Shown here piece after piece: positions 1 to 11,228 of a stretch of DNA of 64,000 nt. Where the stretch lies: positions 421,961,137-422,025,136 of the forward strand of contig CM091795.1 of NCBI GenBank assembly GCA_043290085.1, read 5' to 3'. The notes below the pieces were generated by a model. It ran no database searches. It was not told where the DNA came from and worked only from the letters and a program-made list of their open reading frames with translations. The DNA comes from Rhynchocyon petersi. Its lineage: Eukaryota. A program made the translations under genes and the position numbers. Position 1 is the first letter of the stretch; each line of letters begins with the position of its first letter.

Positions 1-284
1 TACAGTATTTCTTAAACTGGCAGAACTAAATAAAGAACAAATTCAAGCCTTGAGTTGAATTACTGAAAGATGTTACAGGCAAAATATTGAATGATCAAGT
101 TGCATCAAAAGAAAATGGAAGAAATACCTGGAGTCATTCTACCAAAAAGAACTGACACAGAGTTATTTTAGGAATGCACCCAACAACAACATCTCTCTAA
201 GGTGGAATATTTCTCAGTTACAAAAAGAAATGAAGTCCTGATGTACACCAGTACTTCACTGAACTTTCAAAACATTATGATGAT

Positions 285-466
285 GATGGGTACAGTCGAG
301 TTGTGACTTACTCAGAGCTGACCCTCCTGAGGGTTTCTGGAGGCAGCATATCACAGGGAGTGGACTCCACTCTTTCTCCCAAGGAGCAGCTGTCAGATTA
401 GAACCACATGCCTTTGGATTAGCAGTGCAGCTTCTTACCACTAGGCTATGCCAGCTGCTCTCAAAA
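285..466 (-). mobile_element. AfroSINE-like SINE
   Basis: cagtcgagttgtgacttactcagagctgaccctcctgagggtttctggaggc... Confidence 0.8.
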
Positions 467-574
467 CATTATTTTTGTGTCAGAACATTATATCAACACT
501 AAAATAATAAATATTGTATTATTTCATTTCTTCAGAATAAGTCAGTGTAGTGCTAGTATTGTTAACATGCCATC

Positions 575-738
575 AAGTCAGAATGGATTTATAGCTGACC
601 CTTCAGTAGGTTTTCAGAGAATATGATCTGGGAGGAAATGACCCATCTTTCTCCCGCAGAGCAACTAGTGGATTTTAACCATCTGCATTTGGCTTGGTAG
701 CACAACACCTTAACCATTAGGCTACCAGAGCACCCCTA
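575..738 (-). mobile_element. Older AfroSINE-like SINE
   Basis: Diverged copy of the same family. Confidence 0.6.
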
Positions 739-754
739 AACCAATGTGGTTTTG

Positions 755-1330
755 TTAGGTGCCATTGACACATACTCACAGCAACCCGATGAACAATATG
801 TCTGAATTCTGCCTATCTTGTGCCGTCCTCACCATCTCTGATGTGCTTGAGCCCATTTCCACAGTCACTATGTCAATCTATCTCACTGAGGGTCTTTCTC
901 TCTTTCTCTGACACTCCACCTTATGATGTCCGTTTCTAATGATTATCCCCTTCTTACAAATGCCCAAAGCATATAAGATGAAGTTTCACCGTCCTTGCCT
1001 CTAAGGAGCACCCTGGTTGCACTTTATCAAAGACTTTTTTTTTGTCCTTTTGGCAGTACATGTTATAGCCAGTACTCGTCTGCAGCACCACAAGTGAAAG
1101 GCACCAATTCTTTTGTTGTCTTCATCCTTGTCTCATTTTCAGATGCATAGCAAGTAATTGGAAAGACTGCAGATTGTATCAGATATACCGTAGTCCTGAC
1201 ACTGACATAGAGGTCCTTGCCTGTAGATTTTCCCAATGTGATACATCTTTTGATTTCTTGACTGCTTGTACCAAGAGTGCTGTCTGTGAGTCCAAGTAAG
1301 ATGAAATTATTGACAGTCAATATTTTCATC
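755..1330 (-). mobile_element. RTE-family LINE 3' fragment
   Basis: ...ctcacagcaacccgatgaacaat...; ORF 1063..1329 (-) carries an RTE C-terminal motif. Confidence 0.7.
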
Positions 1331-1872
1331 TATTGTGTTGTTGCCTATTGCTTCAGTGGTAAGGACTTCTGTTTTCTTTTTTAAAGCCAGTGTGTAGAAA
1401 CCAAATATTAACAGTGGGTATCAGAGATGAGTGGATCCCTGCTGCAGTCTTCAAAGTATCAGGCAGCTAACTGGAAGGTGAGAGATTGAACCTACTAGTC
1501 TCTCAATGGAATGAAAAATGTGGCAGTTTGCTCCTCTCAAGATTGCAGTCTTGGAACACAATGGAGTGATTAAACTCTATCCTGTAGCATCACTATGAGT
1601 CAGGATGGATTCAAAAGCAGTTGATTTGCTTGTATTTTTGTTTCTTAAATCAGAGATTGGAAGGAGTTTTTGCTAAGGAGGTGATAAATTTATGTTAATG
1701 GTGATGAAACAATTTGGAAAAGAGTAGTGTGAATCATTTCTGGTGAGGATGTAGAGAGACTGGAACTCTAATGTGCTGTTGGTGTTAATGCAAAATGGTA
1801 CAACTGTTTTGGAGGTCAGTCTGGCAGTTCCTAAAAAAATTAAGACTGGAAATACTATTTGACCCAGTTTAT

Positions 1873-2048
1873 GGAGCTCTGGTGGCCTGGTGGTAAGGAG
1901 CTGCACTGCCAACACAAAGCCAGGAGGCTCAAATCAGCCAGCTGCTCCTCAGGAGAAAGAGTGGGGTCAGCTCCCATGCAATTTACTGTCTCTGACAACC
2001 CTCTGGAGGGTCAACTGAAACAGTTCTGACTTGATGGTACCTAACATC
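1873..2048 (+). mobile_element. Older AfroSINE-like SINE
   Basis: tRNA-like head ggtggcctggtggtaaggagctgc... Confidence 0.65.
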
Positions 2049-2049
2049 A

Positions 2050-2610
2050 ACCCTCCTCCAGGGAATCTATCCCAAAGAAGTCAGAGGTGACACACAAATG
2101 AGTATCTGTACACCTATGTTCATTGCAGTGTTATCCACAATAGCAAGACGTTGGAAGCAGACTAAATGGCCATCAACAACCAAATTGGTGGAGAAACAGT
2201 GGTACATCCACACAATGGAATACTACACAGCTTTAAAAATCAATGACCAATTCCGCAAACACTTCACAACTTGGAAGACATTATGCTGAGGGAACTATCC
2301 CAGTCACATAAGGACAAATACTGTATAGTTCCATTATTATGGAAATCGGGGGCAGAGGGGCAGATAAAAGGAGGTAGAGCAAGGGATGAACAGAATTAGA
2401 ATGGAAAAAAAATTAATTTATCTGGGGTGGCAAACAGGGAGGGATAAGGAGGGAGAGGGGAGTGAAGGGTTGGTAAACCGATGGATTGTGTGAGGAAAGG
2501 GCAGTGTACAATATATTGATCACCATTGTGGTGAGTTAATCATCTAATCTATTGTAATGAATGTTATAAGATACGTATAAAAAAATAAAGTTTTTTAAAA
2601 GAATGTAACC
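2050..2610 (+). mobile_element. L1 LINE 3' end (ORF2 C-terminus plus 3'UTR)
   Basis: ORF 2098..2289 ...WYIHTMEYYTALKINDQFRKHFTTWKTLC; tgtacacctatgttcattgcagtgttatccacaatagcaag is L1-typical. Confidence 0.8.
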
Positions 2611-2619
2611 GATGTCCCA

Positions 2620-3230
2620 GAATTATTCATGCACACACCCATGTCCACGCCCACACCCCTCCGGGCCGGCAGAAAGGCTGCAGATGTCCCCCAGCTGATG
2701 ATGCATCGCCGGCCCCGCCCTGCCAGCGCCTGGAGCCTGGCTCCTCCCCAGCTCCCGCACTTGGCACTGGCTAAGTCCAGTCCTCTTCCTGCTGCGCAAA
2801 CACCGCGTCCGAGTCCTGGTTCTTCTACTCGGCCGCTCTGGGGAGGATCGGGGGCCCATAGAAACTCGCCCTGACCCCAGGTTTGAGGGTCTGGATTCGG
2901 AAACCGAGAGTCGGGTGAGAAGGGCCTGCCCAGGAGAAGTCAGTTAACCTGCGGGCCAGCCGGGTGCAAGGAAGCGCCGCCGCCCTGCTCCTCCCGGAGC
3001 TCCAGGCGGGGTGTGTTGTGTGAAAGAGAAAGTAGGGCAGAGGAGGAGGAAGAAGGAAGAACGAACGGTGAGGGGCACGCTAGAAAAGGAGTAAGAACCA
3101 GACCAAGTGAGAGCGACCTCCTCCACTTGCTTGGCCTGTGTGCTCCCTGGGAGGGGAGTGAGAGCACTGTTGTAATGAACGGAAGCGTGGTGCGTTTAAA
3201 TACCATGATGCAGCGCACGGCCACTTAAGA
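2620..3230 (+). promoter_or_regulatory. TEP1: CpG island; candidate TEP1 promoter plus noncoding exon 1 (consensus donors at about 2913 CGG|gtgaga and about 3069 ACG|gtgagg)
   Basis: About 600 bp of high GC/CpG density (ccgggccgg, cgccggccccgccc, gcgccgccgcc) in an otherwise AT/repeat-rich flank. Lies 8 kb upstream of the TEP1 ATG on the same strand. A strong polypyrimidine tract plus AG acceptor sits at 11205-11228, 25 nt before the ATG, implying an upstream noncoding exon. Confidence 0.45.
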
Positions 3231-3585
3231 GTGAGACTGGTAACTGTGCTAAATGCGAGGCCTCCAAGACTCACCAGGTGTAGAACAGAATGTAGAGTAT
3301 GATTCTGTTTATGTGAAACAAAATTAGGGGGAGGGAAGGGATGATATACCAGTAATTGAATATGCAAAGAAGTGTCTGAGACTGTACATGTAAAAGTGTT
3401 AACAATGTCTGTGTCTAGACAATGCAACTAGACATCTGAAGGACGGACTTATAGCTTTTCATTTGTGGTTCAACTGGCTTTCCCTTTACAAACTTCAGTG
3501 TGCTAAGTAATTTTCTATCAATTTTTCCTCATATCTGTATCTGTACGTATATTTATATTTCCTCCCCTCATATATATATATGGTG

Positions 3586-3764
3586 GGGGGGGTACCGTCG
3601 AGTCGTGAACGACTCATAGTGACCCTCCCGAGGGTTTCTGGAGGCAGTATCTCACACAGAAGTAGAAACCACTCTTTCTCCCGCAGAGCAGCTGGCAGGT
3701 TTGAACCGAGTGCCTTTGGGCTTGCAGCGCAGCTCTTTCACTGCTAGGCCACGCCAGCTGCCCT
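3586..3764 (-). mobile_element. Young AfroSINE-like tRNA-derived SINE (copy 1 of a tandem array)
   Basis: ggtaccgtcgagtcgtgaacgactcatagtgaccctcccgagggtttctggaggc...ccactaggccacgccagctgcc. Confidence 0.85.
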
Positions 3765-3774
3765 GAGGGGAGGA

Positions 3775-3835
3775 ATATATATAGATATAGATATATATAT
3801 CTATATATATCTCTATATATCTCTATATATCTCTG
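3775..3835. repeat. (TATA/TCTATATA)n microsatellite
   Basis: Seen directly in sequence. Confidence 0.9.
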
Positions 3836-3837
3836 GT

Positions 3838-4012
3838 GGTGTGTACCGTCGAGTCGTGAACGACTCATAGTGACCCTCCCGAGGGTTTCCGGAGGCGGTA
3901 TCTCACACGGAAGTAGAAACCACTCTTTCTCCCGCGGAGCAGCTGGCGGGTTTGAACCGCGTGCCTTTGGGCTTGCAGCGCAGGTCTTTCACCACTAGGC
4001 CATACCAGCTGC
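3838..4012 (-). mobile_element. Young AfroSINE-like SINE, CpG-intact (copy 2 of the tandem array)
   Basis: Differs from copy 1 almost only at CpG sites (about 12 CpGs intact). Confidence 0.85.
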
Positions 4013-4160
4013 CCATATATCTCTATATATCTCTATATATCTCTATATATCTCTATATATCTCTATATATCTCTATATATCTCTATATATCTCTATATAT
4101 CTCTATATATCTCTATATATCTCTATATATCTCTATATATCTCTATCTATATATATAATG
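4013..4160. repeat. (TATATCTCTA)n decamer microsatellite, about 14.5 units
   Basis: Seen directly; ORF 3952..4158 is its translation artefact. Confidence 0.95.
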
Positions 4161-4162
4161 AT

Positions 4163-4320
4163 GGATACTCATAGCTGACCCTCCCGAGGGTTTCCGGAGG
4201 CAGTATATCGCACAAAGGAGTTGATGCCACTCTTTCTCCCATGGAGCAGCTGGCAGATTCGAACCTCCTGCTATTGAGTTGGCAGTGCAGCTCCTTCACC
4301 ACTAGGCCACGCCAGCTGCT
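4163..4320 (-). mobile_element. AfroSINE-like SINE (copy 3 of the array, 3' truncated)
   Basis: actcatagctgaccctcccgagggtttccggaggc... Confidence 0.8.
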
Positions 4321-4382
4321 ACAAGGATATAAGAACATAATATATAAATATTGCTATTGTTCCAAAAGCTCATAGTTGTTTA

Positions 4383-4552
4383 GTAGGAATTGACTCATAG
4401 CTGACCCTCTAGCAGCTTTTTGGAGGCTGTAAATCACATGGAAGGAGATCACCCATCTTTCTCCCAAGGAGCCGCTGGTAGATTGGAATCAACAGAGAGG
4501 TGCCAACTTTGGATTGGCAGTGCAATTCCCTACTGACTAGACCCCAGAGCTC
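4383..4552 (-). mobile_element. Older AfroSINE-like SINE
   Basis: Diverged copy. Confidence 0.6.
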
Positions 4553-4854
4553 TTACCTCTGTATTATCTACAGTATAACTACCTTCATAAGGTTTCCACC
4601 ACTCGAATTCTCTTCAAAAGCAGATTGCCACATCTTTTATCCTCCGAGGGACTGGTAGGTTTGAATCCCCAGTCTTTTGGTTAGTAATCCAGTATATAGT
4701 CATATTTGGCTTATAAAAAAGCTCCATTGCTGTCATCAGATTTGTAAAAACAATGGTGAGTATTTGATAGGGCAAAAGACAAATGGGCAATTACAATATA
4801 GGTGATATGTTCTATGGCAAAGGAAATGTAAGTGTCTTGAGGCAATGTTGTTAT

Positions 4855-5100
4855 GTGCCATTGAGTTGAAGACAATTCATAGCAACCCGATGAACAGCCC
4901 ATCTGAAACCTGACCTATTCTTCACCATCTTCACCATCGCTGAGCCACTTGAATCCATCATTGTAGTCACTGTGTCCATCCATCTAGTCGAGGTTCTGCC
5001 TCTCTTTCTCTCACCCTCTGTCATGGTGGATGTTTCATGGGACATGAAGAACAACACGGACACCAGAAATGGTCTCACACATTGCTGACCCCCTCCTTTA
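4855..5100 (-). mobile_element. RTE 3' end fragment
   Basis: ORF 4851..5078 (-) ...RGRTSTRWMDTVTTMM... Confidence 0.7.
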
Positions 5101-5317
5101 GTCCTACCAAGTTTTATTCTCTCACAAGATCAGAGATAAAGACCAGAACTTGTTAAACTGGTAGCCATATGCATAGCAATGGCTCCTGGCAGGGAAATCA
5201 GCATTGTAATTCACTAATTCAATAGTAGGGTTGTTTACAGGAAGCTTGGGATCACTATCTCTGCTCTTATCAGTATAGACCGCAAAGGTATGGGTTGTTG
5301 TTTGTTGTTATGTGCCC

Positions 5318-7560
5318 TCAAAATGAGGATGACTCATAGTGACCCTAGGAACAGCCGATCTGAAACCTACACTATCCTGCACCAGCCTCACCATCCCTGA
5401 CACACTTGAGCCCATCACTGCAGTCACTGTGTATATCCATCTAGTTGAGGGTCTGCCTCTCTTTCTCTGACCCTTCACCTTTCCAAGCATGATGTCCCTC
5501 TCCAGGGACTGGCCTCATCTAACAACATGTCCAAAATATGTGAGACAAAGGTTTACCATCCTTGCCTCCAAGGAGCATTCTGGTTGAAATTTTTCTAGGA
5601 TATATTTATTTGTTCTTTTGGCCATCCATGGGATATTGAGCACTCTTCTCCAACACCACAGCTTGAAGGCATCGATTCTTCTGTCACCGTCCAACTTTCA
5701 GATGCATAACTAGTAATTGAGAAAACTATGGGATGTATCAGGTACACCTTTGTCTTCAAACTGGCATCATTACTCTTCAGAACCTAGGAGAGGTCTCTAA
5801 CAACAGCCTTTCGAACTGTGATGCATCTTTTGATTTCTTGATTGCTGGTGCCAGAGGTGTTGACTGTGGAACCAAGTAAGATGAAATCTTTGATAGTTTC
5901 AATCTTTTCTCCATCAACAATGATGTTCCCTATTAGCCCAGTGGTGAGGATCTTAGTTTTCTTGAGGTTTAGCCAAAGTCCATATTGAAGACTACAGTCC
6001 CTAAGCCTTTACAGCAAAACTTTCAGGTCCTCCTCACTTTGAGTAAGCAGGGTTGTGTCATCTGTATATCACAGGTTGTTGATGCATCTTCCTCCAATCT
6101 TGCCACTACACTCTTCCTCACAGAGTCCTGCTTCCCGAATAATTTGCTCTGCATGCAGATTGAATAGGTATGGGGACAGCATACAGCCCTGACGCATGCC
6201 TTACTTGATTTTTAACCATGCGGTATTCCCATGCTCTGTTCAGAACACAGCTTCTTGATCTGTGATTTCACATGAGCACAATTAAGTGTTCTGGAATTCC
6301 CACTCTCCTCAAAGTTAGCCATAGTTTTTTGTGATCCACACAGTCAAATGCCTTTGAAATGAATCATAAGTAGACATTATTCTGCTATTCTTTACTTGCA
6401 ACCAAGATCCATTTGACATCTGCAATGACATTCCTGGTGCCACAGCCCCTTCTGAATCCAGCCTGACTTTTGGGAAGTTCTCTGTTGATATGTTACTCCA
6501 GTCACTTCTAAATAACCTTCAATAGGATTTTGCTTGCATGTGATACCAGTGATACTGTTTGGTAGTTTCCACACTCCTTGGGATCACTTTTTTTGGGAAG
6601 TGGAACAAATATGTATCTCTTCCAATCAGTTGGCCAGGTAGTTGTTTTCCAGATTTCTTGGCACAGCTTGGTGATCACATCCAGGGCTGCATCTTTTTGT
6701 TGAAACATGTGGTGGGTATTCCATCTATTCCTGGGGCCTGGTTTTTTGCCAATCCCTTCAATGCTGCTTCCACTTCTTCCTTCATTACTGTTGGTTCTTT
6801 AACATAGTCTATTTCCTGAAATGCTTCTGTGTCAGTCAGTTCTTTTTGGAACACTGACTTTGTGTATTTCTTCCACCTTCTCTTGATGGTTGTTGGGTCT
6901 TTCACTATCTTGCCCATGGTGGTGGTGATAGGGTACTGTCGAGTTGTGAACGACTCATAGTGACCCTCCTGAGGGTTTCTGGAGGCAGTACCTCGCACGG
7001 GAGTGGAAGCCATTCTTTGTCCTGTGGAGCAGCTGGTGGATTTGAACTGCATGCCTTTGGGTTGACAGCTAGGCTCCTTCACCACTAGGCCATACCCATA
7101 GCATCCTGCAACTCTGGGCTTAAATTTGTTCTTCTTTCCACTTTAGAAATTCTAAATGGATTCTTCCTTTTTTATTGTCTAGCTCCAGCGCTTTGCATAT
7201 TTTATTATAATTTCTTGCCGTATCTTCATTAGCTGCCCTTTGGAATCTTCTGTTCATCAATTTTGCATGTTCTTTCCTTCCCTTTGTTTTGGCTTCTCAA
7301 CCCTCTATTGCAATTTTCAGAGTATCTTTTGACATCCATTTTGGCCTCCTCTTCCTCCCCTGTATTTGCAATGATCTTTTGCTTTCTTCATGGATGATAC
7401 CCTTGATGTTGTCCCACAGCTCTTCTGGCCTTCATTCAGTAGTGGCCAGTGCCTCGGACCTATTCTTGAGGTGGTTTCTAAATTCTGGTGGAATAGCCTG
7501 GAGATCATATTTTGGCTGTTGTGGCAAAATTTTGGTTTTCTTTGGTTTTTAGCTTGAATT
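5318..7560 (-). mobile_element. RTE-family LINE (about 2.2 kb) with a SINE inserted at 6930-7098
   Basis: ORFs 5308..5490 and 6508..6708 (-) give RTE RT motifs (...WPTDWKRYIFVPLPKKSDPKECGNYQTVSLVSHASKILLKVI). Confidence 0.75.
6930..7098 (-). mobile_element. AfroSINE-like SINE inserted in an RTE
   Basis: gtactgtcgagttgtgaacgactcatagtgaccctcctgagg... Confidence 0.8.
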
Positions 7561-8084
7561 TGTACAAGAGTAATTGATGGTCTGTCCCACAGTCAGCTCC
7601 TGGCCTGGTTTTGACTGCCGCTATGGAGCTTCTCCTCCTGTGTTTTCCACAGATAGAGTCAATCTGGTTCCTGTGTAAGCTGTTAGGCCTGTTCCAAGAG
7701 AGGCGAGGCTAGGACAGCACCAAGAGTTGGACTGGTCCTGAGCAGACTAAATCCCTCCGCCTTCTCACAGGTGTGCACCATTTTGGGTTCAAGCTGAGAT
7801 GAGAGGGAAGCCGGGGAAGGAAGCAGAGAGCACCAATAGGTGCTTGTGCCCCGCTCGGGGCATTGGTTTTCTAAGCCACTTTGTCACCAACGGTTAACCA
7901 CCACCATCATCATAATATATGTTCTTTCTCCCCTCCCCCCATCAACAACTTTTCCTGTCCTGACCTGGCCTGGTGTCCTGGCCTGGGGTGACAGTGTTTT
8001 GTATTTACATGAGGCAGTGTTTTGTATTCACATGCATTGTTTTCCCCAGCCCCCCAACTTTTGTTTTTGTTTTTTTTAACCTAT

Positions 8085-8470
8085 CCATGGGATATTGAAC
8101 ACTCTTTCTCCAACCAACACCAGAGCTCCAAGGCATCAGTTCTTTTTCTTTCATCCCTAGTCATCATCCAACTTTCAGGTGCATAGTTAGGAATTGAGAA
8201 GACCATGGTTTGTATCAGGTGAGGTGTACCTTTGTCTTCACACTGACATCACTCTTGAGCACTTTTGAGAGGTCTTTAATAGTAGTCTTTCCCAGTGTGA
8301 TGCATCTTTTGATTTTCTGACTGCTAGTGCCAGAGGTGTTGATTCTGGATCCAAGTAAGATTAAATCACTGACAATTTCAATCCTTTCTCCATCAAAAAT
8401 TTATTGGCCCTGTGGTGAGGATCTTGGTTTTCTTGAGGTTTAGCCATAACCCATACTGGGGACATCTGAA
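8085..8470 (-). mobile_element. RTE 3' fragment
   Basis: Sequence similarity to the other RTE 3' regions in the window (catccatgggatattgaacactc...). Confidence 0.6.
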
Positions 8471-8489
8471 CCATAATGATGATGGTGAT

Positions 8490-8656
8490 GATGGGTACCA
8501 TCAAGTCGTGACCGACTCCTCGCTGACACTTCACCTGGCTTCTGGAGGCAGTATATTGCATGAGATTTGACGCCTCCTGTGGAGCAGCTGGTGGATTCCA
8601 ACTGCGTGCCTTTGGGTTGGCAGCGCAGCTCCTTACCACTAAGCCATGCCAGCTAC
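8490..8656 (-). mobile_element. AfroSINE-like SINE
   Basis: Family consensus. Confidence 0.7.
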
Positions 8657-9347
8657 TCTAAGTGATAGGGCTGTCTAAACTGGTGCCTTGCTTGATTTCA
8701 GCCAGAACTCCTGGAAGAAATTAGTATTAAATCGAGATATGCACAGTGAGAGGAAAGGGAATTTGACCTGGTAAAATTGAGGCTGGAGAATGGGGTGGTG
8801 TCTGAAAAGACACATCTGCCTGTGCAAAGATTCACAGTCAGGAAATACCCTAGTGACTCATAAGCTAAAAAGAATTTGGTATGATTGGCATGTGGCGTGC
8901 TTAGAGTTGTATTGAATATCACTAAGAGATGAGACTGGGAAGCGTTTAGGCCAGGCATTGGGGGCAGAGAGGTGAACATGATAAAGGAACCATTACCCTC
9001 AGGGAGCACAAGGAAAGAGACAGACACTAACCAGACAAAAACCAAAAAGGGTTTGTATGTTGGTTGTAATAAAATAAACTGGGTGATACAACAAATAATA
9101 ACTGAGGTGTGCTTTGGGAGCATAGTTCCTGTAGACAGTTCTACATACTGTGTGTTATTGTCCAGATGGGAGGGTTTCAACAAAGAGGGTAGCAGGCAGA
9201 ATGAGTAGAAGTTAATAGATTTGATATTGTGGCAGTAGAACCAAGAGGACTTGGTAGCTAACTGAAGAAGGAGAATAATATCAAGTAACAGTGGCATACA
9301 TTTCTTGAACCCTAAATGCCAGGCACTGCACTAAGTGGTGGTGGTGG

Positions 9348-9424
9348 TGGGGTACCGTCGAGTCGTGAACGACTCATAGTGACCCTCCCGAGGGTTGCCG
9401 GAGGCAGTATCTCACATGGGAGTG
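9348..9424 (-). mobile_element. 5'-truncated young AfroSINE-like SINE
   Basis: ggggtaccgtcgagtcgtgaacgactcatagtgaccctcccgagggttgccggaggcagtatctcacatggg. Confidence 0.8.
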
Positions 9425-9539
9425 GCACTAAGTACATGATCAATATTTCCTCATTAACTCATATCTTGACTCTGAGAGGTAGACTTTGACCTCCATTTTA
9501 TACACGGAGAAACTAAGGTCCAGAGAGTTTAAGTAACTC

Positions 9540-10043
9540 GCCAAGGTCCTGAGGAGTAAGGATATCAGTTTGAAGACAAAGGTGCGTCTGATCCAAACTA
9601 TGGTCTTCTCAATCGCTACCCATGCATCTGAGAGTTGGACAATGACTAAGGACAACAGACGAAGAATTGATGCCTTTGAGCTGTGGTGTTGGAGAAGAGT
9701 TCTCAATATCCCATGGATGGCCAAGAAAACGAATAAGTATGTTCTGGAGAGGATCCAGCCGGAGTGCTCCCTGGAGGCAAGGGTGGTAAAGCTCCGCCTC
9801 ACGTACTTCGGACATGTTGCCAGGAGAGACCGGTCCCTGGAGAGGGACATCATGTTTGGAAAGGTGGAGGGTAGGAGAGGAAGGGGTAGACCCTCGACTA
9901 GATGGATGGATACGGTTGCAGCAGTGATGGGCGTGCGTGTGTCAAAGATGGTGAGGATGGCTCAGGATAGGGCGCAATTCAGGTCTGCTGTTCATGGGGT
10001 CGCTATGAGTCGTCTTCGACTTGACGGCACATAACAACAACAA
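9540..10043 (+). mobile_element. RTE 3' end with (CAA)n tail
   Basis: ORF 9570..10034 (+) ...ELWCWRRVLNIPWMAKKTNKYVLERIQPECSLEARVVKLRLTYFGHVARRDRSLERDIMFGKVEGRRGRGRPSTRWMDTVAAVMG... Confidence 0.85.
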
Positions 10044-10974
10044 CAACAACAACTCAAGGCTTTACGGTACAGGAGTCAGGATTTCAACTCAAGTTGATCT
10101 CACTCCAAACTTTGTGGAGTAAGAGATAAAGAGAATGAAAGAAAACCTGGGTTCCTAGCTGGGCAAAGGAAAGAGGATAAATTTGGAACAGAGATAGGAG
10201 TGGAGTAGATGCATTTGGGACATGTTGAATTTTGGCTCCCTTTGAATCATCCAAGTGGCAGTGCCCAACAGACAATTAGATAGATGGATGTGAAGATCAA
10301 AAGAGAGAGCTAAGGCAGAGGACACGGCTGTGCGTTGCCAGCATAGAAATGATATTTGGAGCCATGGGAATGAGGAAAACCACCCTGGAAGAGTATATGG
10401 AAGGATTAGAATAAAGCTCTTAAGTTGTGACAAGGTTTAAGGAACAGCCAAAAGATCCGCAGGAGATGTATGAAAATGTATGAGAAGAAAAGCAGGAGAG
10501 TAGGTAGCATCCTAAAAGTCAAAGGAAGAGAGGGATTATCAGGGTCAAATCTACTGTAGGGGAGGAGGGCCAAGATGTCTAGTTGCAGCAATAAGAAGTC
10601 CATTAATTATGTAGACAAAGTCTTAATAGAATATTGGGGCTATTTAGTTGGTTTAAAAGTAAGCAGGGGCCAAAAAGTAGCAGGAGATACAAAGTGGTGA
10701 ATATAGATAATTTTATCAAAATGCTGCTTTTTCTAAAGCTGAAAATCCCAAACCAATAGTCCTGGGGATTTCTTTTACTCCTTTGTGAGAAAACATGTCT
10801 TTCTCCTCTTCAGCCCATTACTTTCTTCTTTAACTTCCCTGCTCTTAAACCTCTGCCTCATCTTGACCCTTTTCTCCCACTTAGACTCATCACTACGAAC
10901 CTGGAGGAAAGGAGAAAAGTTTTCTCTCTCACACATAGTCATTTACTGCAGTTGCCACTCATAGTGACATTATA

Positions 10975-11090
10975 TTGGGTTTCTGAGACTGTAAGTCTTA
11001 ACTGGAGGAGACTGCCCACCTTCCTCCTGTGATGCTGCTGGAGAATTTGAACGGCTAGCAGCTTACCATGCTTTAGACTACAGCACTAGA
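10975..11090 (-). mobile_element. Old SINE fragment
   Basis: Diverged. Confidence 0.45.
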
Positions 11091-11099
11091 GTGTATGTG

Positions 11100-11137
11100 T
11101 GTATTATATACACATAAATATATACATTTATACTATA

Positions 11138-11180
<43 letters not shown>
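11100..11180. repeat. (TA)n-rich microsatellite with a pure (TA)19 core at about 11140-11178
   Basis: Seen directly; about 50 nt upstream of the TEP1 first-coding-exon acceptor. Confidence 0.95.
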
Positions 11181-11182
<2 letters not shown>

Positions 11183-11228
11183 TATACATACTTGTGTAGC
11201 CTACTCATCACCTGTCCTTCTCCTTCTA

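Noticed and set aside
2623-2874. Two overlapping ORFs (78 and 81 aa) on opposite strands
   Set aside because: Inside the CpG island. High GC suppresses stop codons and there is no protein similarity; interpreted as promoter / noncoding exon sequence.
3775-4160. Regular short repeats that could superficially resemble a CRISPR-like array
   Set aside because: Eukaryotic locus; these are simple microsatellites (TATA / TATATCTCTA) with no unique spacers.
8698-9297. 199-aa ORF on the - strand
   Set aside because: Low-complexity, Leu/Ser-rich; no recognizable domain; starts at a non-ATG in the bacterial-style ORF track. Lies in AT-rich intronic or intergenic sequence. Most likely chance.
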